A stretch of 63,975 nt of DNA, counting the filler, from Dicyema japonicum (lineage: Eukaryota > Animalia > Dicyemida), in NCBI GenBank assembly GCA_011109175.1. It is 5 parts of 5 records of this genome, joined end to end, with 100 filler letters (N's around TTAATTAATTAA, not from the genome) between each part and the next. Parts side by side here need not be neighbours in the genome. Positions count along the whole stretch, not along the records: positions 36,077 to 61,273 come from RDEW01000174.1; 4 more parts are not named here. One strand, given 5' to 3'. This document shows, in pieces, positions 41,065-54,719 of the stretch (position 1 is its first letter; each line of letters begins with the position of its first letter). The notes under the pieces were generated by a model. That model saw only the letters and a program-made list of their open reading frames with translations. It did not search any database and was not told the origin of the DNA. Position numbers and translations under genes: made by a program.

Positions 41065-44000
41065 CTACAGACTTTTTTCGTTAATTGTTAGTGTTTTTTG
41101 TTTATTGATTATATTATGTTTTAACAATTTTTTGATTTTTGAAAAGTTTTATTTGATAAATAAAAAGTCTCAGCAATCATTCAAATTAACATTTCAAAGA
41201 GACTCCATAATGTGGTTTGGTGGTTCAAGTACATGCATTTTTAGGGAAAGACGAGGTTCTTTTAAAATTTTCACTTGAAAATAAAGGATGGTACAGAAAA
41301 TTCAATGTTTTCTTACTTCAATTAAAAAATCATTAAGTGTTGTTCCCTCAATATCTCTGAATCGTTATTTAATTTGCTACTTGAAAATGTCACTTGCCGC
41401 CAACGTCAGTGTGATCTTCCTACTCCTATATATAGAGACTAGGGTTCTAAGTTGCTTGGTTTTATTTAAATAATAATATTTCAATTTTGCAATACTCAGA
41501 ATGTTATAACGTAGAAATATAAACATATTTTAGTTACTTTTTCATGTTTGAAACCAATCTCCACAATTTTAAGTATAAAATCAAACGAAAAATTTATTTA
41601 AAAAAATTAATACATAAATGTTTTCTATTCTCAAAAAATGTTTAAATGTTATTTTGTGTAGTTTTATGAATTCGAGTATTTGATTACAAATTTTATTTAA
41701 ATGTGAAATATGATGAGATTCTTATTTGCGGTTCTTTTTCTCCTACTTTGCTAATATATTAATTATTACTTGTATATTACGTAGTTTATTACATAATTCA
41801 ATTTCATAATTTTACAAACAATATTAATTCAATTTCTTACAAACAACCAAATGGTTATCAATAGAAAGGTTCACGAAATTTCTACTTATCATCAGGGTAG
41901 ATAAAAGCCCTTGTATTCCTGTCTCTCATATGAATGGGAGAGATGATGGACATATGAGACATACGAAAGCAAAGTACTGGACAATGGAAGTCTAGGATGT
42001 ACGAATAATCAGAGTTCAGTCAATTCCAAATTGAAAGAACTTAAAAAATTTTGTCAGATGTTGCACATTTGGATGATAGTTAATATTATTATATGAATGT
42101 TGCTAATAATATAGAAGGTGAACCGTTCACTACACTCCATCGGGAACAATTTCTACCTCCAAGGCAAGAGACACATTGAGAAGCTATGATGTCTCAAAAC
42201 TCAGTAAATTCTAAGATAAAAACAAATCAGGCACTAGTTGACAAAAAAGTGGCAATTCTGAGACGTTCGCGGAACCAACGCCGCTTATAGGATCCCCTCA
42301 GTCTGGACGATATTGCGCTTCCTATTTCTCGGAGAACATCTCCGGTTACAGGCCCTGTCACACAAAAAGTCTCAAAAATATTGAGACGAAACATACAAGT
42401 GATCAAAATTCCACGGATTTTTTAACTTCCCAACAAAGCGGCGGACTATTCTTACAATCATCGCAGAATTCTTAGCAGTCCAACACAGTAAATATCACAT
42501 CATTGAGCTTTATATTCCACAATGATACATCGGCATGGTTTTTATACAAGACAATAGGCGATTTAACACATACATCCACTGCCATTCTGCAACACATTCG
42601 CGGATGTACAGTTTTAAGACAAGACCAAATGAACACTACGGATCAATTATATTTCTTTGGTTACAAGATCTCATTTCATCAGTTTTTTGCACCTCATTGT
42701 ACATATCTCCTAAATATTCCACTACTATACAACATTTTTAACAATATGAAAAAAATTAAAAAAATTAGCGTTTAATACTATTATGTTCTTTCAATGACTT
42801 AAATTCTTTATTGGCAACTAATCTCCCGAACTTCAAAATATCATTAAGCCGAATACAGTAAAGATCTAATTAAATGTATACAGTTCCCCCAGTCGTAGTT
42901 GCAGAGAAACAGGCTTTTCAGTTGTTGGAATCCAAGAAATGATTCAATGTCCTGTACTGAGTGTTTCTGAGACAGATGTATCATATGCCGTCACCCTGTT
43001 GAACAAAGAAAGGTACAGAGAATTGGAAAAAACTATAAACCAAATAATACCATGCTACAGAGATGTCATCCCAACACTGATCTACCTAGTAAAGCGACTT
43101 CTTTAAATGATTGAGCTAACGGAAAGACGTAAGATTAACGTTTATATAAGGAGATCCTCCACTGGAAACCCTCTGATAGAGTAAAGAAAGATGTGGTCAT
43201 TACTAAGAATGTTGACAAAACATTTAAAGGAATTATTAGGCATTTTTATGTTAGCTAGAAAATTATACCCCACGTGTTCATAACCATTTTAAATGACAGA
43301 CACTATTTTAATCACTTCCACGCTCTTCGAGTGTTAACCAGTGATCTGAGAGCTCAGGCTATGAGGTTTTAAGCTTTCAAGTATTTAAAAGTCATTGTTT
43401 AGTGGAACTGGCACAGTTAATCTCATTCTTTACGAAACAGCTCTTTTTGCGAGCCTTGGATGTTTTGCTGTGGAAGTCGTACCAATTCCCGAGATATGTC
43501 TGAACAGTGTCGAGCACGAGTCGTGATTTTCGGATTTATTGAGTTGTATCTGCACTATAGACTGTAGTATTCCACATTCTAGAAGGCCAACTCGTCCAGT
43601 AAGTTTCCTAGGGTGACTCCTATGGAAGTAGTTCGACATTTCTGTTTCATCGTCTGTGTTTGTTCAAGTCCAAGCGTTATATAACAGCATGAGTTTCAAA
43701 AAGTTGTACAACTCTACTCTGAGTTTAGCACTGAAGTCTTTTGGATCCAATCATCTATTATTAGACTTACGCATTTCTACATTAGCAAACGTTTTTCTTT
43801 GAATGATGTCTTCCCTCTCTTATAGAGAGATCCTGATTCTACTTCTAGAGAATAATACTTATTGATTTCTACAGGATCATCCGGTAAAGTGAGAGTCGTG
43901 AGCTAACCATGTACTTCCAGTTTCCACGGTCGGAGTGAGACACAATTTTCCAAACATCGCGTCCATCCAGTGGAATAGAGAAAAACGAGATCCTTTTTGA

Positions 44001-44287
44001 TGTCCGGAAGTCTCCTTAAACAGGTGAACCAGTGACACCTCTTAGGAATTGAAGTGGGTAGTGAAAAAAAGGATTCTTTCGAAAGAAGGTAGAGGGGTAG
44101 AAATCGAATCTGCAGCTAATCATAACAGTAATAGTACGCTAGTTTTCTAAAATTATTCTTCTCAAACACTAAACAATTCTCAAATTATTTTTATTTAATT
44201 ATTTTTTATTTAATTTAATGCAAAAAATAAATTAAATTTTAAAAATTAAATGGCGGATTTTATTTTTGTTGGTGCTTAATTTCTTAA

Positions 44288-45210
44288 ATGGTCAACATTA
44301 TATTCAAAAATTGTAAAGTCTTCAAGAAATTACTTGAATATATTCGAAATGTAGCGACATATGGATACTTGGAATTTTCTTCTCAAGGTTTAGAAATTCA
44401 GGCTACTGATTGCGAAAAGCTGAGCTTGATGACCTTATTTCTTGATAAGTCTTTTTTTCTACGATATCACCACAACAAGGATCTCATCATCTGTGTAAAC
44501 ATGGCCCAGTAGACTGCATATTTCATTACAGCTTTTGCCTCCTTTTGGAGTGGTTCGGTGATGACGGTCCTGTTAACATCCAAGCAAACGATACTGTGGG
44601 GATTGTGATTTTGATGGTCGGAGGTGAATCTATATTTATGTTTNGTCAATAAACAACCTTTGACCAAAAATTCTACTTATTGTTTTGACCAAAATATAAG
44701 ACAGGGATAATGAATACTTATCTCCAACCTGAGTGGATTGGAAGGTTTATTACAGGAAAAGTATTGGCACGTTGGTTGTTATTATGCCAGAATATAAACC
44801 TCATCCATATAATCGATCTTTCTCAAGGTTTCTACAAAATTGATAAATCATATTTCCCTACTTTAAAAGACACAGGAAGATTCGACATCAAAAATATTAT
44901 TTATTTTCTGGAAACTGTACTAAAGGACTTGCGAAAGAGAGTCCATTAATTTCTTGTTAAAAACAAGCATAGACATTTTCAGAAAACGTGGAGGTCCCTC
45001 AATAAACACCACATGAAAATAGTAAAGACAATAAGAGGAATCGGGATCACCTAATTAGTTTGTTACAATTACTTTTTTGTGTTTCTGATGTTATATAATA
45101 AATGGGATTTCTCAATTCAATTTTCATAACATCAGGTGGCCCTTTGGCTGTTTTCGAGTTGGAATATTCTGGAATCACTCAAAGTACCCTCTTTAGTTTG
45201 TCTTTAATAT
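44288..45210 (+). CDS. divergent PCNA-like sliding clamp; intron 44509-44531; 3' half disrupted or uncertain
   Basis: KVFKKLLEYIRNV..LEFSSQGLEIQATDCEKLSLMTLFLDKSFFLRY..DLIICVNMAH-FCLLLEWFGDDGPVNIQAND follows the PCNA domain-1 pattern; GGPLAVFE near 45137. Confidence 0.6.
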
Positions 45211-45469
45211 AAGGGGATGGTAATCCATCTAGAGAAAGATTATATTTGATATTTATTATGGACACGTTATTCTCAGACATGACAGACATTCTAAACATCG
45301 ATTCCCTATGATGTTTCTAATTTAATGAAGATGTTTGCAGTGAAGGTCCTATGGTGACCCTAGTACACATTTCCATTGTCAAACACTCCAGGGGTGTTTT
45401 CCTCCATTAGATTTACTGTTGCGGTAATAACTCCCAATATCTTTTATGATAATTTAAAATCTTTATTCA

Positions 45470-48400
45470 ATTTGTTTTCTATCACTGTTGTCGTTGTGTT
45501 GCTAATAAAAGTGAAAAAGAAGAGAATAAGAAAGGAAAATCAGAAAAGAACATGCAGAAAACTGCAAAAGAAGATGAGATCTGCACAAAGTGCAACATAA
45601 TGAACAAAAGAAAGCGGATGATTTATTGCACAGAATGTTCGTATTGCTTCCACATTTCCTGTGCCGGAATGACTAAAAGAGCCCTGGCTGCTATTTCTGA
45701 TTGGCACTGTCGATCTTGTCTCCTACCAGATAATACGACAAACTCTTCCCTACGCTGCCCTTCTGAACATGTTCAACTAGACCATCAGGAAATACTTGAA
45801 TTGATCTCCAACCTGACGCACACACGAAGACTCCTGATTAGGATCCCCAAAGCTGCCCGTATATCTGTCGCGGACTGCCTATGTGAGTGTATTGAAAGGG
45901 CAGTTTCTTCGGACGACTCTGATGATTGGGTACGATTATTTTGCTTTGCTCCATTCACACTATGCATACCCCATAGGAGGGGGAAAGAGGAGAAATCACT
46001 TACGTCATTAGTAAAGGAGAATGTCCACACATTCTTCTCAAAAAACCTATTGGCAGACTCAGAAAAGCTCACCTACAAATTTCAAAACCATGAGAAGCCA
46101 ACATCGACTATCTCGGACACTCAGAGATTAAGAAGCGCGATCCGTCGAAAACTTTCGGAAGGTGGTATCCGTGCTGCGGTGAGGATCCTTGCAGATCAAC
46201 AATGTATAATTGAGCCGTCCGAACAGTCCTACGCATCACTTGTTGAGCGACACCCAAGTCTTCCCAACGACCACCGGGTTCCCCCTTGCCCAGGACAATT
46301 ACCCAATCTGCTTGTCTCTGAAGAGGACGTAAAAGATGGTTCCTCTCTTTCGTCCCGAGTAGCAGTGGAGGACTAGATGGGCTCCGTCCGGGTCACATCA
46401 AAGATCTCATTGCTCATAACACGGGCAACTCTGGGGTCCGGCTCGTGTTGGCTATCACCAAACTAATGAACAGGATGCTATCAGGGACACTACCAGAAAC
46501 AATTCGACACGTAATGTTTTCCGCAAAGTTAATCGCATTCGACAAGAAGGGAGGTGGAATACGCCCTATTGCAGTCGGAATGGTCTTCCGTCGGTTGGCA
46601 TCAAAGCTTGTATGCAGAGCAATCCTACCTACGCTGATAACACAGCTGCAACCAACCCAAATAGGGGTCGGCACACCGGGGGGTTGTGAAGCGGCAGTTC
46701 ATGCTGTCCGAACATTCACCGAAAAGAACGTGAACATTCCTCACGTAATCGTCAAAATTGACATTAAAAATGCCTTCAACTCGATACGACGTGATACAAT
46801 TCTGGAGGATTGCTTCACATACTACCCATCAGTGTACAGCTATATTCATAGTTCGTACGGAAAACCATCCAGTCTGGTACATGGCCAATATTACATTCCA
46901 TCGTCTTCTGGAGTCCAACAAGGAGACCCACTGGGGCCCGCCTTGTTCAGCCTGGGAATTGCCCGTATCACAGGATACTGCTCCACTCCTCTGAGAGTAT
47001 GGTATTTGGATGATTGCACCATGGGCGGCCATCCGAAGGATGTACTAGATTGTTTGAAAAGTCTGATAGTACAATTGGAATCCCTATGCCTAACTCTAAA
47101 CACCAATAAGTGTGAAGTAACCAATTTTGGATTTCCACAGTCTGAATGGGATCTGATCCTTGGTATGTTCAGAGAGATCATTCCGAAAGCCACAGAAACC
47201 AAATCAGAACAACTGGAAATACTTGGATGCCCTCTTACTGATGCTGGAATCAGTAACACTCTAAGAACAAAAGAACATCAACTAAAAACAACATTCAGAC
47301 GTCTGGAGATGCTGGACGCACACACCTCCCTATTCCTCCTGAGAAACGCCTTATCAGCACAGAAACTGAACTACGTTCTTCGGGGGGCACCCTGCTACTT
47401 GAAAATGCAACAGCTCGATGCTATCGATTCCCTCTTCCGGAGTACTATTGAACGTATCACAAATGTGAAATTTGACGACCAAGGGTGGGACCAAGCGACC
47501 CTACCCGTTAGCCTGGGCGGACTGGGAATCCCTTCAACGAAAGATCTGGCTTGCCCTGCTTATCTATCCTCTTTGGGCTCCAGCCGACTGCTGGTCAGGA
47601 TGATTCTCCAACTCCAAACAGAATCATCTGAAATCACAGAGATGGAGCATTTGAAGGGGATGATGCCTGAGCAGAAAGATCGTTACAGGACCATCTGCGA
47701 GGATAAATATGAGAGGCTTCTGAACCAATCAAACCAACACAGACGTGCATGTCTAGTCACTGGAAGATGCGAATCGAGTGGCGCATGGATCAATGCACTC
47801 CCAGTTGGCAGTGTCGGGACCCATCTTGACGACGATACTGTCCGCATCGGCATCTCCACCAGACTTGGACTGGAGATTTGCCGGACCCACAAATGCCGAT
47901 GTGGCGCAACCGTCGATTGTTATGGACTCCATGCCCTCTCTTGTCGAAGGAGTGCAGGACGATTCCCAAGACACAAGGCGATCAACGGAATTGTCAAGCG
48001 AGCCCTGGAGTCTGCGGGATACCCAGCCATACTAGAACCTGTTGGTCTGGACAGAGGAGACGGAAAACGTCCCGACGGGATCACAATTTTCCCATTCGAA
48101 GAGGGGAAACCTTTGGTCTGGGACGCTACTTGTGTCGACACGCTTTGCCCGTCCAACATTGTCGGGAGCGCGGTAGACACACTGTATTCCGCGGAAAAAA
48201 CGATGAGGGCAAAGGAGAAGAAATACGAAGCGCTACGCGACCGATTCGCGTTTTATCCGATAGTGGTCGAGACAACTGGAGGAATAAGTGGAAAATCGCT
48301 TCACTTCCTAAAGAAACTTGGACGCATAGCTACACTAAAAAGCCACGAAGCACGTGAGACACGGTGGCTAGTCCAGTTGATCTCTGTTGCAGTCGTGAGA

Positions 48401-48790
48401 GGCAACGCAACGTCGATGATGTCGGAGGGGTCCACTTTGGATGGCAGTTTTAAATAAAANCGACACGCTTTGCCCGTCCAACATTGTCGGGAGCGCGGTA
48501 GACACACTGTATTCCGCGGAAAAAAACGATGAAGGCAAAAGAGAGAAATACGAAGCGCTACGCGACCGATTCGCGTTTATCCGATAGTGGTCAAGACAAC
48601 TGGAGGAATAAAGAAGAAAATCGCTTCGCTTCCTAAAGAAACTTGGACGCTAGCTACACTAAAAAGCTACGACGCACGTGAGACCCGGTGGCTACTCCAG
48701 TTGATCTCTGTTGCAATCGTGAGAGGCAACACAACGTCGATAATATCGGCGGGGTCCACTTTGGATGGATGGCAGTTTTAAATAAAAGAA
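45470..48790 (+). mobile_element. near full-length CRE-type retrotransposon: PHD - RT - CCHC - RLE; frameshift near 46350; 3' end duplicated after N at 48460
   Basis: C4HC3 finger at 45582-45719; GGGIRPIAVG, KIDIKNAFNS, GVQQGDPLGP, WYLDD, CRCG..HALSC, RHKAIN, KRPDG, WDATCVDT. Confidence 0.93.
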
Positions 48791-48821
48791 TAAATTTGTG
48801 TTTTTAATAAATAATTGATAA

Positions 48822-51330
48822 TTTTTTTTTTTTTTTTTAAATAAAGAAATTTATTAATGAAAAATTAAAATTAAGGCATCTGAATGGCCATGCTATTTCC
48901 CCTAACAATAGCCAACGAGATACGTTCTCGGAACCAACCAGTCTCTCGCGGATCCTTGGTCACAGCTTGAATCATGGAGCCGATCTTACGAACCAACTCA
49001 TCTGCTTGGGGGCCAAGGATTCCTGACGTTTCCACCGCGAATGGAACAAATATATACTCCTCCGAAATTCTCTGGTACTTCCTCCTCTTTCGTTCCTCGG
49101 CCTGCTTCGAAGCATGTCCTGGGTCTGAAGCAGAAGCAACCAAATTAGACGGGGAATAAGTATCAACACACGTCGCGTCCCAGATCAGGTTTCGTCCGTT
49201 GGCGAATGGAAAAGTCGTCATCCCATCAGGGCGTTTTCCATCGTTTCGAAAAGACCAGCAGGTTCTAACAGGCAATGGTGTCCAGCAGAGGCAAGGGAAT
49301 TCTTTAATGTCATGTTAAGGCAGGAGTGCCTGGGGAAACGACCCGCACTCATCTTGCATGACAAGGGATGATAACCAAAAGGATCGATCCAACGTCCACA
49401 GCGGCATTTTCTTTCGGCACACAATTTAAGACCAAGACGAAGCGAGGTAGCTATTCTCACAGCCTCATCATCCAACAGGTTTCCAATTTCGGCAGATGGA
49501 AAAGCGTTCATCCAGGCCCCCGTCGAGTGACAACTGGCTGTTTTGAGGCAAGCAAGCCTTCTTATATCTTCCGTCTTTTCAAGGGATTCTTTCTTCTTTT
49601 CGAAGACACAAAACAAATAGGACTTTTGCTTATCACAATTGACCGGAGCATTTAGGTACAAATTCATCCATTCATCCCAGGCTCCCGACGGCGTCAGCGG
49701 TACGTTTAGTCCGGAAGTAGAGTGAAGGACCGTATCCACTAAACGCCTTGACGAGCCGAACGAAGATAAATAGGCGCCCAAAGCAACGTCCGAAGGAAGA
49801 GAAAGACCCAAACCACCGCAGGCTACAGGGAGAGAGGCCTGTAACCATCCGAAATCATCAAAACAAACATTAAGAATGGACCCCATCGTTGACCGGATAT
49901 CCATATCAATTAACGATAGAAGGTCTTTTTCGGCGTAGCATGGGGATCCCCGTAGAATAAAAAGGAGTTTTGGGAGAAGGAGACAATTCTTCAGCATAAA
50001 AAAGGCGACATGACAATCCAAAAAACTCATCCTGTCGGCATATTGACGTAAATTAGTCCTCTTGCCTTCCAATAACTCCCTCACCCGGTTTACCAAAATC
50101 CCACACCCAAGGAAGTCGAGAGAATCAATATGAGTCTCCGCTAACCCCTGGTAATTAANGGAAGAGAAAGACCCAAACCACCGTAAGCTACAGGGAGTGA
50201 GGCCTGTAACCATCCGAAATCATCAAAACAAACATTAAGAATGGACCCATCGTTGACCGGATATCCATATCAATTAACGATAGAAGCATGGAAATCCCGT
50301 CGAATAAAAAGGAGTCTTGGGAGAAGGAGACAATTCTTCAGCATAAAAAGGCGACATGACGTCCAAAAACTCATCCTGTCGGCATACTGACGTAAATTAG
50401 TCCTTTTGCCTTCCAATAGCTCCCTCACCCGGTTTACCAAAATCCCACACCCAAGGAAGTCGAGAGAATCAATATGAGTCTCCTTAACCCTGGGATGATA
50501 TCGCAGAGTTTTCTATGAAAAAGGTAGAATGAATCGGAACTCAAATTCAGATTAATTGCTTCGCACTTTTCATTGTTAAATTCCAGACCGATTTTTCCAC
50601 ACAAACGTCTGATCGATGCAACTTTGGAGAGAATATCATCGGGACTTCCACCGAGAATACAATCGTCCAGATACCAAACTTTCAGTGGAGTGCAACGGCC
50701 CTGGGCAATATGGTCGATAGACAAGGAAAATAGAAGAGGACCGAGTGGGTCTCCCTGTTGAACTCCGGATCCGGACGAAATAATTCCACTGCCAAAAACA
50801 AGAGGAGATGGATCCGAATACGCGAGATATACAAACGGATAAATCTGAGGAATCCTCCTACTACAGGTATCAAGAACGGTGTCCCTTCTGACTGAATTGA
50901 AGGCATTCCGGAGATCCAATTTGAATAAAACTCTGTCCTCAGCATTCAATTCAGCTGATTGTGACGCAAATTCTCTCACTGCGTGGATCCAGCTTCACAG
51001 CCGCCATTGATTCCGACACCAAGCTGCGAAAAACAAAATTCGGCTGAAATTCGGGAGATAACAAAACGACAAGCCATTTTTGCGGATAAACGTCGAAATA
51101 CGTTTCCAATTGCAATGGGCGAATACCACCAATTTTCTTGGATAGTTTTTCACAACCTATGTGGTAGTAACCAACACATACAGAAAATCGAATCCCGCAC
51201 TTGCGAGAATTGGATACTCTGAACCCTTTGCATGAGGTGTCTTCGTGTAGAACATCATAAAAAACAGACATGAATAGATAATAGTAGAGAGAACTGTATA
51301 TATTAACACGACAACAACGATAAATTTTTT
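48822..51330 (-). mobile_element. CRE-type retrotransposon with 5' deletion and poly(A) tail, tail-to-tail with the previous copy
   Basis: FKLDLRNAFNS, GVQQGDPLGP, WYLDD, CRCG..HPLSC, DGKRPDG; T-run at ~48822-48838. Confidence 0.9.
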
Positions 51331-51439
51331 TATTAGATTACTGAAATATAGCTTTCAAAAGCTGAACAGTAATAATTATTCTAAATTCAATTTTATATTA
51401 AAATAAGTATAAATCAAGATTTAAAAATATGGCGAAATT

Positions 51440-51660
51440 GGAGACCGCTACCGTTTTGTACCGGTAGCAATCGAGACGTCTGGTACGGCTGGAAGTATTA
51501 CAGCCTCTTTCCAAAGGAAATCGGGGAAATTAGCCCACCGCAAGAAAGACGTGCGGGAAGCGGTCTGGCTGAGGCAAAGAATTGTATCGCAGTTATTAGC
51601 GGAAACGCTTACTCCGTGATGTCAGCAGCCGCTCTCACCCATAGTTAATAAATTTTTGTC
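51440..51660 (+). mobile_element. CRE-type 3' tip
   Basis: YRFVPVAIETSG..REAVWLRQRI..ISGN. Confidence 0.75.
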
Positions 51661-51989
51661 TCTTAAAAAAATAAGTATAAAAAATAAAAATAGCATTTTA
51701 GCACTTAAATTGCCGTAGTAATAATCCTTTACAATATTATCCCTCCTAGGAAACACATATTGAGGGAAATACAGTTGAGAATGTAATGTCACAAGAACTC
51801 AAGAAAGCTTGACTTTTATACAAAGGACTACTCCGGCACATTGGTTACACAACATCAGTATTTTGGTCTACAAGAATACATACTTAGAAAACCCAAACCA
51901 AACCGTGACAAACATTGATCTGAGAGGGGAGTTACAGAATACAAAACAGACGTGTGTACAAGAAGATTAGGTGCCGATCAATCTTAGCA

Positions 51990-52300
51990 GAAGTTCGACG
52001 AGGCTCTTTGGACATGTATTGATAATGGACTTGGAAGTCCTAGCTAACGTGGGCAAGAAGGACTTCTTTGATACTCTTCGACTCCGTGGACTACAAAAGA
52101 CCACCTTATTAATGGTGGGACTTTCAAAAAATTGAATGGCGTCTCAAAGAGAAAACTTGGACTATGAGAACTTGCTCGTTTAGTTTTTGAGATTGCTAGG
52201 ACATGAATTCTGTCTTCATCAAATAATCTAAGACAAGGACTGTGAGATTAGATCAGCAAGGGATTTTATGAACCAAATTATTTTCCTTCCTACCTGTCAG
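51990..52300 (+). mobile_element. highly decayed non-LTR RT fragment
   Basis: HVLIMDLEVLANVGKKDFFDTLRLRG resembles the D..KAFDSV..L...G motif. Confidence 0.3.
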
Positions 52301-52849
52301 TTGATAGCAAAAAAGGGCTGCAGAGAAGAAAAATGGTTGATTGAGATTCTGTGCATAGAGGTACCTCATTAATTACTTGGCAGGAAAACCATAAAGTTTT
52401 CGCTCAATTTAATCGCTAATAGGATAACCACTAAATTTCGTATGGGATTTCTGAGAGTGGTTAGATGTCCCAGATTCTTAGGGAAAGAGAAGAACTACTT
52501 ATAAAAGATGGATTTAGTTTGGAGTCACAAATGGAGCCTCTTTATAAACCAAAGATACTAAAAAGCAACTATAATCCTTGGCATAAGACCTCTTGAAGGC
52601 TTTCGATATAATCAGTCGCGATCTACTCAGTAAAGGAATTTCTGGATTCTGAGTAAATGAAAATGATAAAAGTCCTTTTACTCAATAAGAAGATAAGAGT
52701 TCGATTTGGCAGATCAGTAATGTGAGTACCCACCAAGGAAAGATAAATTTCTCTAACTATCAGTTCTTTTTACCAGCATTCATAAAATGCTTCAAATTTT
52801 TATACAATTTTATAATTGTTAGCAATTAATTGATTATACTTTTTTTAAA

Positions 52850-54480
52850 CAAAATAATTTTTTTAACGATTAAACAAATGTCAGTTGAAAAAGACTGCTG
52901 CGTGGATTGCGAACGAGTTCCCTCGGAGTATGGCCATTCCAATACTTTTCTCTTATCCTTAACCCTTCTCGTTGATCCCTTTTCTTTCTGGCAAGCAATC
53001 CTCCGAGTTTTTGCAAGAACTCGGCCGTTATTGGACCAACGTATCTCGATCATTCGGTCGCAACAGGAGTAANNNNNNNNNNNNNNNNNNNNNNNNNNNN
53101 NNNNNNNNNNNNNNNNNNNNNNNNNNNNNNNNNNNNNNNNNNNNNNNNNNNNNNNNNNNNNNNNNNNNNNNNNNNNNNNNNNNNNNNNNNNNNNNNNNNN
53201 NNNNNNNNNNNNNNNNNNNNNNNNNNNNNNNNNNNNNNNNNNNNNNNNNNNNNNNNNNNNNNNNNNNNNNNNNNNNNNNNNNNNNNNNNNNNNNNNNNNN
53301 NNNNNNNNNNNNNNNNNNNNNNNNNNNNNNNNNNNNNNNNNNNNNNNNNNNNNNNNNNNNNNNNNNNNNNNNNNNNNNNNNNNNNNNNNNNNNNNNNNNN
53401 NNNNNNNNNNNNNNNNNNNNNNNNNNNNNNNNNNNNNNNNNNNNNNNNNNNNNNNNNNNNNNNNNNNNNNNNNNNNNNNNNNNNNNNNNNNNNNNNNNNN
53501 NNNNNNNNNNNNNNNNNNNNNNNNNNNNNNNNNNNNNNNNNNNNNNNNNNNNNNNNNNNNNNNNNNNNNNNNNNNNNNNNNNNNNNNNNNNNNNNNNNNN
53601 NNNNNNNNNNNNNNNNNNNNNNNNNNNNNNNNNNNNNNNNNNNNNNNNNNNNNNNNNNNNNNNNNNNNNNNNNNNNNNNNNNNNNNNNNNNNNNNNNNNN
53701 NNNNNNNNNNNNNNNNNNNNNNNNNNNNNNNNNNNNNNNNNNNNNNNNNNNNNNNNNNNNNNNNNNNNNNNNNNNNNNNNNNNNNNNNNNNNNNNNNNNN
53801 NNNNNNNNNNNNNNNNNNNNNNNNNNNNNNNNNNNNNNNNNNNNNNNNNNNNNNNNNNNNNNNNNNNNNNNNNNNNNNNNNNNNNNNNNNNNNNNNNNNN
53901 NNNNNNNNNNNNNNNNNNNNNNNNNNNNNNNNNNNNNNNNNNNNNNNNNNNNNNNNNNNNNNNNNNNNNNNNNNNNNNNNNNNNNNNNNNNNNNNNNNNN
54001 NNNNNNNNNNNNNNNNNNNNNNNNNNNNNNNNNTCGATGGTGAAGCATGTGCTTCCTTCTCATAACTCTAAGACTTCTCGGCACGGCTTCAACAGCGATT
54101 CGTCACAAGACAATACTCTTACAGCTGCGCGAACGTCCCCTTCCATCTTGAAATGTTTTTAGAATTTTCCTGTTTACACCCAGCTTCTGTAGACAACTGT
54201 TTACGCCGAAGTACTTGCTCAGGCTCGATTCCTGAGTCTTGTTGCGTTGAATGGCCAAAAGGAAGAACTTCTTGATTTTTGGCCAGTGATCCGTTGCGAG
54301 CCTGCTCTAAGGAAGAAATTCCTAGGGTCATAGGTGCAAAGCTCAGTTGACACAGTGAACAGAGTCAGAATTGGCCTGATTAGTTTTCTGCATTTTCATT
54401 CTGATTTTCCTTTCTTTTTCTCTTCTTTTTTCATAACACCACACCGACCACAACGAGTAGTCTTTTTTTATTTTATGCTA
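52850..54480 (-). mobile_element. CRE-type copy spanning an N-gap (5' part 54035-54480, 3' tip 52850-53072)
   Basis: 5' AAAAGAAGAGAA.AAGAAAGGAAAATCAGAA..ATGCAGAAAACT matches 45510-45560; EGDVRAAVRVL; 3' PVAT..EFLQKLG..AILRGN. Confidence 0.8.
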
Positions 54481-54719
54481 ATCTCCAGCATTGGAAGCAA
54501 ACTCGCCTCAAAAAGGTGTGAGCCACAGGAGGGACTCTGGTTGAGGAAGAGGCTTGAAATGACGATTATCAAGAGGTAACGCCTTCGTCATTCTGTCGTC
54601 TAATTATTTATAATTTTTAAAAAATAAATTCTCTTCTATGCTAATCTTCTGATGTTTATTCCAATTATGCAAATTCCACATTAATATCAATTGCCGTCAT
54701 CTTAATGAAAAACTTGGAA

